Shown piece by piece: positions 16,861 through 23,491 of a stretch of 25,700 nt of DNA. The position numbers and the translations under genes are program-made. The DNA comes from a virus (lineage: Duplodnaviria; Caudoviricetes), in IMG/VR virus record IMGVR_UViG_3300020043_001642, positions 1-25,700 of that record, one strand, 5' to 3'. Under the pieces are notes generated by a model. The model searched no databases and was not told the origin of the DNA. It saw only the letters and a list, made by a program, of their open reading frames with translations. Positions within the stretch are counted from its first letter, which is position 1. The number at the start of each line of letters is the position of its first letter.

Positions 16861-16958
16861 GTGTTCTTCTCCTTATCGAAATATTACCCATAACCAAAAG
16901 GCAAACATCAACAGCATGAAAGCGTTATTCAAAGCGTCAATCATGTGTTCTTCTCCTT
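16857..16958 (-). repeat. 18-bp exact direct repeat AAGGAGAAGAACACATGA (16857-16874 and 16941-16958)
   Basis: Read directly; a degenerate third copy starts at 17162. Confidence 0.9.
16873..16944 (-). CDS. 23-aa hydrophobic peptide MIDALNNAFMLLMFAFWLWVIFR
   Basis: Hand translation; AAGGAG RBS, ATGA coupling, bounded by the 18-bp repeats. Confidence 0.6.
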   Translation of the reverse strand: MIDALNNAFMLLMFAFWLWVIFR

Positions 16959-17165
16959 GAGTTTGGCTTCAATGGCTCGGGCAAAGTGAATGTCCGTGTG
17001 CTGATGAGAAGCCGCACACTCAGCCACAATCAAAACAATCTCCTCATCCGTCAGCCCTACCCATGTGCGCTGCAATGCTTCTTCAAAATCTGTTCGTATG
17101 CCAGCAAGGTTCATTTGCAACATCATGTTTGATTTAATTATTTTTTCAACTTGTTCGTCAGTCAT
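16941..17165 (-). CDS. Hypothetical protein (WVGLTDEE...AIEAKLKEKNT type)
   Basis: 74 aa, ATGA-coupled on both sides. Confidence 0.75.
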   Translation of the reverse strand: MTDEQVEKIIKSNMMLQMNLAGIRTDFEEALQRTWVGLTDEEIVLIVAECAASHQHTDIHFARAIEAKLKEKNT

Positions 17166-17533
17166 GTGTTGGCCTCTTTTAATCTGGCTTCCATAATGTC
17201 AAGCAAACGCATAAGATGTTTTGATTCGTAAATTTCAGGCAACGCATCAATCCATTGTTGCTTTTCTTCTTTTGTCAGGGCAACCCATGCGCGTGTGTGA
17301 TAGCCGTATGCGTGCATTACCATTCGATGGTGGGGCATACCCATAAAGTCAAATAACGCTCCCGCAACTACTGAATGTGTCACAGGCTCATCCTTATCTT
17401 GTTGCGCAACGGCTTGTGCTACCGCTTGTCGTACTTTCATTGCGTCTGTTGTGTATCTCTGTTGGGTACTGCATGGCGTGTCACAAAGACTTTGGCATGG
17501 TTCGTTAGCAATCGGACAGTAATCAGACCTCAT
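17162..17533 (-). CDS. Hypothetical modular protein
   Basis: Start at 17533 (MRSDYCPIANEPC...) overlaps the upstream TGA; ends WVALTKEE...EARLKEANT. Confidence 0.7.
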   Translation of the reverse strand: MRSDYCPIANEPCQSLCDTPCSTQQRYTTDAMKVRQAVAQAVAQQDKDEPVTHSVVAGALFDFMGMPHHRMVMHAYGYHTRAWVALTKEEKQQWIDALPEIYESKHLMRLLDIMEARLKEANT

Positions 17534-17769
17534 AAATCTCTCCCAGTTTGGTCCATCATTACAGTACGGGCTAGCGCTTCGCATGTTGGGCATGGTTGTG
17601 GTGTTGCGTAAAGGGCGCGTGCTTCATAAAGCCAGTCATGAACTTGTGGCCGATTCCAGCAATCCTCCGCTTCTGTTTTTGAACAGTCTTCCCAAGGAGT
17701 CCAGCAGGTCTCGTCTTTCCAATTCGGTCGCGTCCTTTGTTGATATGCAACAGGCTCTTGTGTGTTCAT
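17530..17769 (-). CDS. Hypothetical protein (EPVA...CPTC)
   Basis: 79 aa, GGAG RBS, ATGA overlaps. Confidence 0.7.
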   Translation of the reverse strand: MNTQEPVAYQQRTRPNWKDETCWTPWEDCSKTEAEDCWNRPQVHDWLYEARALYATPQPCPTCEALARTVMMDQTGRDL

Positions 17770-18074
17770 CTGTCTTCTCCATCAAAGTTTTCAATGTGTT
17801 CTTGTAATTCAACGATGCGGGCTGTTTGGCGTTCTAGCATTGCTTCCAAGTCTTCAATACGCTTTGCCATGCGTTGCATTTCTTCAACTAGCACAGCCTC
17901 GGTGTTGTAGTCGGGTTTAAAAGTGTTTAGTCCGCTATCACGACTGCGAACGCCACGATACACATTGCCATCACCATAGCAGTCAGTTTCTTGTGGCGTC
18001 CAAGGGCACATGCAGCCCGGCAAAATGCTGCCGTGCATACCTTTAGCATTTCCGCAGTTTGGGCAGGCGTTCAT
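17766..18074 (-). CDS. Hypothetical protein, N-terminal CxxC plus C-terminal coiled coil
   Basis: GAGGAG RBS; TAATG coupling. Confidence 0.7.
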   Translation of the reverse strand: MNACPNCGNAKGMHGSILPGCMCPWTPQETDCYGDGNVYRGVRSRDSGLNTFKPDYNTEAVLVEEMQRMAKRIEDLEAMLERQTARIVELQEHIENFDGEDR

Positions 18075-18220
18075 TATTCTGTCTCCTCTTGTGGAATATA
18101 AGTTGTCACAAACCTTACGGCTGTTTCTCCGTCTTTGAGTAGCACTACAACCGTTGCAGCAGTTAAGTCCATGCCGTAAATTAAACGTAGTGCTTCCCAG
18201 ATTTTCTGTGCGTCATTCAT
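18074..18220 (-). CDS. Hypothetical protein (48 aa), absent from the ORF track
   Basis: Hand translation MNDAQKIWEALRLIYGMDLTAATVVVLLKDGETAVRFVTTYIPQEETE*; AAGGA RBS; fills the gap exactly. Confidence 0.7.
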   Translation of the reverse strand: MNDAQKIWEALRLIYGMDLTAATVVVLLKDGETAVRFVTTYIPQEETE

Positions 18221-18650
18221 TGTTCTTTTCCTTTATGTAAAAAGCAACGCCTTTGTTGTTAATTCGGTTTTGCACCCAAGCGTCAAGTCGAATGTCATAT
18301 TGGAAAAAACCAAACGGCTCATCCGTCAGTGGCTTGCGCTGTAATAATGAATGTTCGCCCCTTGGGTTCTGTTCCATAGCCCAATCAAGCCATTCCTTTG
18401 CATCCATGTCGTAGTAGCCGTTAGGCCCAACAGAGGACAACTCCTCGCCAAGTCTGATTGCGGCATCACGCCACGCCACAGGCTCATCCTTCACTTCTAG
18501 TGCGGCTTTAATGGCGGTGATGGCTTGGTCAGCAATGCGCCGCATCCTCTCCTCAAGACTTTCAATTGGCGGAGTTTCAATGTGATATTGAGTTCTGGAA
18601 ATCTTTTCCAACGCATCCAATGCAAGGCGTAATGCTTCGTCTTTAGTCAT
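18213..18650 (-). CDS. Hypothetical modular protein (MTKDEALRLALDAL...EPVAW...KEKNNE)
   Basis: ATG 18650 overlaps the upstream stop (ATGA). Confidence 0.75.
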   Translation of the reverse strand: MTKDEALRLALDALEKISRTQYHIETPPIESLEERMRRIADQAITAIKAALEVKDEPVAWRDAAIRLGEELSSVGPNGYYDMDAKEWLDWAMEQNPRGEHSLLQRKPLTDEPFGFFQYDIRLDAWVQNRINNKGVAFYIKEKNNE

Positions 18651-18811
18651 GACGACCACCATGCCACCAAAAGGCAGGCCAAGCCAACACCAATGGCAAA
18701 AGCCAGCACATAGCCAGCCACGCGCTCCCAAAGCGGCTCCTTGCGGCCATAGCCCTGCACCCATGTGCAGTCTGCAAAATTACGTGGTGTTTGAAAGTTT
18801 GAGTTTTTCAT
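18647..18811 (-). CDS. Small single-TM protein (54 aa)
   Basis: AAGGA RBS, ATG 18811 (MKNSNFQTPRNFADC...VLAFAIGVGLACLLVAWWSS). Confidence 0.75.
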   Translation of the reverse strand: MKNSNFQTPRNFADCTWVQGYGRKEPLWERVAGYVLAFAIGVGLACLLVAWWSS

Positions 18812-18855
18812 GATATTTTCCTTCGAGAGTGATGGGGCCAAAGCTCCATTGGTGA

Positions 18856-19014
18856 TTAAGCAGTAGCGCGATTGATCCAAGCCTTTGCATCGCACTTTCG
18901 GCCGAAAGTGTCATACACATATCCGTCTGCTGCATCCACTACATCCCACACAATGACACAGCGTCCAGTATGTGTAGAGGCTTCTGCTTTAACAATTTTG
19001 TAAGTTACTTTCAT
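18856..19014 (-). CDS. Hypothetical protein (52 aa), absent from the ORF track; first gene after a promoter
   Basis: AAGGAG RBS; hand translation MKVTYKIVKAEASTHTGRCVIVWDVVDAADGYVYDTFGRKCDAKAWINRATA*. Confidence 0.75.
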   Translation of the reverse strand: MKVTYKIVKAEASTHTGRCVIVWDVVDAADGYVYDTFGRKCDAKAWINRATA

Positions 19015-19052
19015 GTCAGCTCCTTGCTAGTTTGGTTTGTTGCGATGGATAA

Positions 19053-19109
19053 AGTATAACACTACTTCACACAATATCACACAATTATTTTATAGGTACA
19101 AACCCTATA
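19053..19109 (-). promoter_or_regulatory. Extended -10 promoter with upstream direct and inverted repeats
   Basis: TGtTATACT (-10 at 19058-19053); ATTGTGTGA twice with 10-bp period (19067-19075, 19077-19085); TATAGG-N7-CCTATA (19091-19109); AT-rich intergenic gap. Confidence 0.7.
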
Positions 19110-19593
19110 TCGATGTGATCTCCACATCATGCGGCCTGCGCTTGCCATCAAGTAGATCATGCAGTCGTTTTTCGGTCAGGCGGTGGCATCGATACATGGT
19201 GCGAGCTGGCAACATGTTCAGAAGCTCGGCATAGTCGCTCAGAATCGAGCGTACAGCCTGAATTCCGACACCATCCATACGAATGGCACCACCATCCCTG
19301 TTTCGCTTACCAGCGACTGCCAAAGCGGTGATGGCATCCATTAGCAAGCCACTGGAGTCCTCACAGACTTTCATCTCCACCACCAGCGTCTCCATGAGGT
19401 TGACTGCATCGCTGACAACTCGCCAGTCGTCCGTGGTTGGCGCTGGCGCAGTCTCCATCGCATGCAATCCTTGGTACATCATGGTGAGCTGGTGCGTGCG
19501 AAACTTCTCAGGCAATAGCTCGGTCGGACTGGCCATCATTTCGTCGAGGATGGTGTAGTGCCTTGGCCTTGGCTGTGGTTTGCGTTTTCGCAT
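19105..19593 (-). CDS. Hypothetical helical phage protein
   Basis: ATG 19593 (MRKRKPQPRPRH...) in a TGATG overlap; GAGG RBS. Confidence 0.75.
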   Translation of the reverse strand: MRKRKPQPRPRHYTILDEMMASPTELLPEKFRTHQLTMMYQGLHAMETAPAPTTDDWRVVSDAVNLMETLVVEMKVCEDSSGLLMDAITALAVAGKRNRDGGAIRMDGVGIQAVRSILSDYAELLNMLPARTMYRCHRLTEKRLHDLLDGKRRPHDVEITSI

Positions 19594-19724
19594 CAATAAC
19601 CTCGCCAAATGCGAACATCCACCAGCCACAGCGAAACAAAGAACTCGCCACCAGAAAAGCCAATTCCAAACACTGGCCACTTGTGCATCAACGTGTCGAT
19701 GCTGATGTGAATCTGCTTCTTCAT
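19593..19724 (-). CDS. Small hydrophobic hypothetical protein (43 aa)
   Basis: AGGAG RBS, ATG 19724 (MKKQIHISIDTL...WRGY). Confidence 0.65.
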   Translation of the reverse strand: MKKQIHISIDTLMHKWPVFGIGFSGGEFFVSLWLVDVRIWRGY

Positions 19725-19891
19725 GCTTTGATCTCCTGTGCTTGCTGGCGCTCCAATTCCATCTTGACGCAATGCAGAATCTGCGCGGCCAGAGTGCGCG
19801 TGTTGCGCTCGGCCATCTTGCGCAGCTCGATCTCGATGTCGGCAGGCAGCCTGATCGTCATGTATCTGTCTTTGATTTTTGAGGTGGCCAT
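19721..19891 (-). CDS. Arc/Mnt-like ribbon-helix-helix DNA-binding protein (56 aa), absent from the ORF track
   Basis: Hand translation MATSKIKDRYMTIRLPADIEIELRKMAERNTRTLAAQILHCVKMELERQQAQEIKA*; MTIRLP strand and AERNTRTLAAQI match the Arc pattern; GGAGG RBS. Confidence 0.85.
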   Translation of the reverse strand: MATSKIKDRYMTIRLPADIEIELRKMAERNTRTLAAQILHCVKMELERQQAQEIKA

Positions 19892-20130
19892 CAGTCAGTC
19901 CCTCCAGCGTTTTCGATCGCATCCTCAAACATGTCAGCAGTGGCAGGAGCACCGGCCAGCTCGATCGGCACGCCATTCGTCAGCAAACTGACCAAGTCCT
20001 CTTGGCCAGCCACCTCGATGTCGAAGCGAGTCTGGGCAGCATGGCGAATGGCTTGTGCCTGGTTGCCAGCGCGAATCAGGCGATGGCGATTAGTCTCAAT
20101 GTCAGTGACGACATAAATGCGAGTGCTCAT
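19891..20130 (-). CDS. Hypothetical protein
   Basis: 79 aa, AAGGA RBS, coupled overlaps on both sides. Confidence 0.75.
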   Translation of the reverse strand: MSTRIYVVTDIETNRHRLIRAGNQAQAIRHAAQTRFDIEVAGQEDLVSLLTNGVPIELAGAPATADMFEDAIENAGGTD

Positions 20131-20492
20131 AAATTGTCCTTGTGTTGGTTGAAAAAGGCCTGAAGTTTGCCCTTGGCATCATCAGCACCTTTTCCCACTA
20201 TACAACAGAATCTCACACTTTCAAGATATGCGATCCAGTCTTTCTGCTCGGCACTCAGGCTGCCACCCTTGGTGCGCTTCATCTCCACCCAAAGCCCCCA
20301 GGCAGGGATGAACAGATCAGGCACGCCACTACTGACACCCTCAGCCTTCAAACGGCCAGCGGTGGCCGGACTGCGAGCGCCACCATTGGGAATGGCAAAG
20401 ATGCGCACGCCTGGCCAAGTCTGGCGAAACCAGCGAACCAGCTCGCGCTGCTCTTCATGCTCGGTCGGTATGCGGTCGGTCAAAATGGGCAT
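20127..20492 (-). CDS. VRR-NUC domain nuclease (Holliday junction resolvase-like)
   Basis: EHEEQ, IFAIPNGG, GVPDL, VEMKR and LSAEQKDW motifs; GGAG RBS before ATG 20492. Confidence 0.88.
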   Translation of the reverse strand: MPILTDRIPTEHEEQRELVRWFRQTWPGVRIFAIPNGGARSPATAGRLKAEGVSSGVPDLFIPAWGLWVEMKRTKGGSLSAEQKDWIAYLESVRFCCIVGKGADDAKGKLQAFFNQHKDNL

Positions 20493-20674
20493 TCTGGCTC
20501 CCACTTAGGGCAGACATCCACCTCGGCAGCAAACTCGGCTGGCGGTGTCATGAAGAACTCGGTGCACAGGCCATCGTTGCCATACATCTCGCAGGTATGG
20601 CAGCACTTCGGTGGACCGGCCTTGATCCACTCGCGGTAGTCAACCAAAAATTGTGGCTCTGGTGGTCGGCTCAT
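20480..20674 (-). CDS. Small Cys-rich protein
   Basis: PPKCCHTC...GLC...VCPKW; AAGGTGAG upstream. Confidence 0.75.
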   Translation of the reverse strand: MSRPPEPQFLVDYREWIKAGPPKCCHTCEMYGNDGLCTEFFMTPPAEFAAEVDVCPKWEPECPF

Positions 20675-21078
20675 GATGACTCACCTTTTTTAATTTGCAA
20701 ATCAACCCAATGACGCATCCGCAACCATCGTTGATGGGGTGTTTCATCGTACCAAGCCGCCTCATCATTCATAAACACAATTTCTTGCGCCATAGCATTG
20801 GCAATACCAAACTGCTCTGCGACTGTGCGGCTGTCTTCAGGATCAATGGATTCAATGGCGATTCCGCGCTTTTGACCAACCACACCTAATGCGCAGAAAC
20901 TACCATGCTCTACCAAATTGTGAGCAATCAGTTCTTTAATTGGCATCGCGTCCATCGCATCACCAAGTTCAATCAAAAACTTTTGACCGCGCTTTCCGCG
21001 CATGGCTGACTCTACTGCACCACGCCAACGAATGAGTGCCCATCCATCGCAATCATCACTGTATCCACTGCGGCTCAT
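20671..21078 (-). CDS. Hypothetical phage protein (MSRSGYSDD...)
   Basis: ATG 21078 in an ATGA overlap; WRGAVESAMRGKRGQ, CALG and ETPHQRW motifs. Confidence 0.75.
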   Translation of the reverse strand: MSRSGYSDDCDGWALIRWRGAVESAMRGKRGQKFLIELGDAMDAMPIKELIAHNLVEHGSFCALGVVGQKRGIAIESIDPEDSRTVAEQFGIANAMAQEIVFMNDEAAWYDETPHQRWLRMRHWVDLQIKKGESS

Positions 21079-21227
21079 TTCAGACCCCTTTGCATGAGCT
21101 TCACCCAGCACCGAGCGCAATGCCACTTGGCACGCACCGTGACACCACCAAGCGGATCAGCCTCACGACTGCACACATCACAAACCTTGAGCTTGTGCAT
21201 TCGATTCATTTGTTCTTCAACTGTCAT
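21075..21227 (-). CDS. Small zinc-finger protein (50 aa), absent from the ORF track
   Basis: Hand translation MTVEEQMNRMHKLKVCDVCSREADPLGGVTVRAKWHCARCWVKLMQRGLK*; two CxxC; AGGAG RBS; ATGA overlaps. Confidence 0.75.
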   Translation of the reverse strand: MTVEEQMNRMHKLKVCDVCSREADPLGGVTVRAKWHCARCWVKLMQRGLK

Positions 21228-22813
21228 TCCCAGCTCCTTTTTATTACCCTAAAAAACTTTCCGTCCTTGCGATACTCGATCCACTCTGGTGGCGTGGCCT
21301 TGTTCATGTTCTGCACCATGTCCTCCAGCGTCTTCACATTCAGACCACCAGGCACAATGCTGGCGCTGTTGGCAATACTCAGCAGCTGGCTCATTGCACG
21401 CTGGCCTGCATAGCCTTCATGCATGATTGGCAAATACTCGGTGATCGGTGTGTCGCTCAGGCCACCGTAGTAAGTCACTGCCAGCATCTCGATGCCAGAG
21501 GCCTTGCTGATGTGCTTGCGCCATGTCCAGCTCGTCACTTCCAACTCTTGGCCATCCAGACCCATGATGTCGTCATTACGCAACACCATCGATTTTTTTA
21601 CTGGCTCAGGAAACTGCTCACCGCATGAAGGGCAAAGCATCACCGAGATGTGCACTAGCTCACCGCAGTGATCACACACCTTGACTGGTGCCTCGCCATT
21701 GCCATCGCCACCCTTCTTGGGTGGCTGCACATTGGTGATCGGACCATGCGACTCGACAACACCAGCGAAGTCGAGCACCAGGCAGTGATCGGTGTGCGAC
21801 TTCACGCGCATGCCACGGCCTGCCATCTGCACATAAAGGCTGGCGCTCATGGTCGGACGCAGCATCACAACCAGATCGATGTCTGGATAGTCAAAGCCAG
21901 TGGTCAGCACATTCGCATTGGTGAGCGCACGCACACGGCCTGCCTTGAAATCGGCCAGCATGCGCTCGCGCTCTTTTTTTGGTGTCTCTCCAGTCACACA
22001 CTCAGCGGTCACACCACGCTGGCGCAGGACTTCGGCCACGTGCTCCGCATGCTTCACGCCAGCACAGAAAAACAGCCATGCCTTGCGCTCACCGGCCAAG
22101 CCCATGACCTCATGCACCACAGCCTGATTCTTGTCGTCGGTGTCCACAGCAGCCTGCAACTCCGACTCAATGAACTCGCCTCCGCGCTTCTTCACGCCAG
22201 TCACATCCAGCTTGGCCTTGGTAACCTTGGAGCGCAGCGTGGCCAAATATCCCTTGAACACCAGCTCCTCGATGCTGACAGGTGTGAGCAGATCGTCAAA
22301 CAGCGCAGGCTTATCGGTGATTAGGCCATGCCCCAAGCGATAAGGCGTGGCGCTATACCCAATGATGCGGAGAGCAGGGTTTACTGCTATTAATTCACCG
22401 ATCAACTTGCGATAGCCACCTTCATCTTTGTGATTTACAAGATGGCATTCATCAATGATGATCAAGTCAATGTGCCCGATCAGCTTTGCTTTGTCGCGCA
22501 CAGATTGAATTCCAGCAAACGTGATTGGCTCACCAAGCTGGCGCTTGCCTACGCTTGCGCTGTAGATACCAAGTGGCGCACCAGGCCAATGCAATCGCAT
22601 TTTTTCAGCATTCTGCTCAATTAGTTCTTTGACATGAGTCAGCATCAAAATACGTGTTTCTGGCCATGTTTGAATTGCATCTTTGCAAAGTGCAGCAATA
22701 ACATGACTTTTTCCAGAGCCAGTTGGCATAACGACACATGGATGACCTTTATTGTTCGACATCCAGTCGTAAAGCAGTTCTATGCTTCTGGATTGATATT
22801 CACGCAGTTGCAT
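21224..22813 (-). CDS. Superfamily 2 DExH helicase (RadD/YejH-like) with C-terminal zinc ribbon
   Basis: LREYQ Q-motif, PTGSGKS, IIDECH, SATP, LTTGFDYP, QMAGRGMR; CDHC...CPSC. Confidence 0.93.
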   Translation of the reverse strand: MQLREYQSRSIELLYDWMSNNKGHPCVVMPTGSGKSHVIAALCKDAIQTWPETRILMLTHVKELIEQNAEKMRLHWPGAPLGIYSASVGKRQLGEPITFAGIQSVRDKAKLIGHIDLIIIDECHLVNHKDEGGYRKLIGELIAVNPALRIIGYSATPYRLGHGLITDKPALFDDLLTPVSIEELVFKGYLATLRSKVTKAKLDVTGVKKRGGEFIESELQAAVDTDDKNQAVVHEVMGLAGERKAWLFFCAGVKHAEHVAEVLRQRGVTAECVTGETPKKERERMLADFKAGRVRALTNANVLTTGFDYPDIDLVVMLRPTMSASLYVQMAGRGMRVKSHTDHCLVLDFAGVVESHGPITNVQPPKKGGDGNGEAPVKVCDHCGELVHISVMLCPSCGEQFPEPVKKSMVLRNDDIMGLDGQELEVTSWTWRKHISKASGIEMLAVTYYGGLSDTPITEYLPIMHEGYAGQRAMSQLLSIANSASIVPGGLNVKTLEDMVQNMNKATPPEWIEYRKDGKFFRVIKRSWE

Positions 22814-23388
22814 CAATAACTCTCCCTGCTTTTTATTCGACCAATGGTTGTTGCACTTACGCCAAACATGGCTGCAAGTTTTTGATGGGATATATCCATT
22901 TTTCTGATCTGGTCTGCTTGCTGATTGGTCAGCTTTGCCAGTCCTTTTTTATTTTCCCCACGGCCAGTAAATGACCGTTTTTTTTGCACCATATCGCGCA
23001 TGTTGTCGTGGTGCGTGCCTACAAAAAGATGATCTGGATTCACACAAAGAGGCGTGTCGCATTTATGGCAAACGTACATGCCTTTTGGTATCGCACCACG
23101 TACAAGTTCAAATGAAAATCTATGTGCACCGATTGACTTTCGATCATCAGTCCAATGGCGTGGATATGGCACACCTTTGCTGTTTGGCCTTGTCCCACCA
23201 GTCCACAGCCAGCAACCTGATTCATTGATTTCATATTTTTGGTGGAATCTCTCAATGGCATTGCCATCATCAACTTTTCGACTTCCGTGATCGTTGACAT
23301 CACCACGCTTTAGCAGTCTTCTGTAATGCTTGTCACAGTATCCTTTTGATACAGCATCACGCTCACATCCATCAAATGCACATTGCAT
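22813..23388 (-). CDS. HNH homing endonuclease (N-terminal Cys/His finger, HNH core, C-terminal HTH)
   Basis: GCWLW, AHRFSF, VCHKCDTPLCVNPDHL...HDNMRD; LAAMFGVSATTIGRI; AAGGAG RBS. Confidence 0.92.
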   Translation of the reverse strand: MQCAFDGCERDAVSKGYCDKHYRRLLKRGDVNDHGSRKVDDGNAIERFHQKYEINESGCWLWTGGTRPNSKGVPYPRHWTDDRKSIGAHRFSFELVRGAIPKGMYVCHKCDTPLCVNPDHLFVGTHHDNMRDMVQKKRSFTGRGENKKGLAKLTNQQADQIRKMDISHQKLAAMFGVSATTIGRIKSRESY

Positions 23389-23414
23389 GTCGTTCTCCTT
23401 GTGTCAGTGAGTCC

Positions 23415-23443
23415 ATTTTATAGGAATGACAGACACAATGCAA
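23415..23443 (-). promoter_or_regulatory. Sigma70-type promoter for the HNH gene
   Basis: TTGCAT (23443-23438), 17-bp spacer, TAAAAT (23420-23415), 26 nt upstream of the HNH ATG. Confidence 0.7.
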
Positions 23444-23491
23444 CCATCTGTAAAGCTCGTCGATGGTGCGCTGTTGGTAGTCTCTCAGCAT
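23444..23491 (-). pseudogene. Orphan 5' remnant of the helicase gene (MLRDYQQRTIDELYRW)
   Basis: 16 codons matching the helicase N-terminus MQLREYQSRSIELLYDW; the frame runs on into the HNH leader and stops at 23372. Confidence 0.8.

Noticed and set aside
16857-17194. 18-bp repeats as a mini CRISPR array or att sites
   Set aside because: Only two exact copies, irregular spacing, they coincide with RBS/start/stop signals, and no integrase is in the window.
22813-23491. HNH region as a group I intron or intein in the helicase
   Set aside because: The downstream helicase has its own start and complete motif set, the N-terminus is duplicated rather than split, and there is too little non-coding sequence for a ribozyme core.
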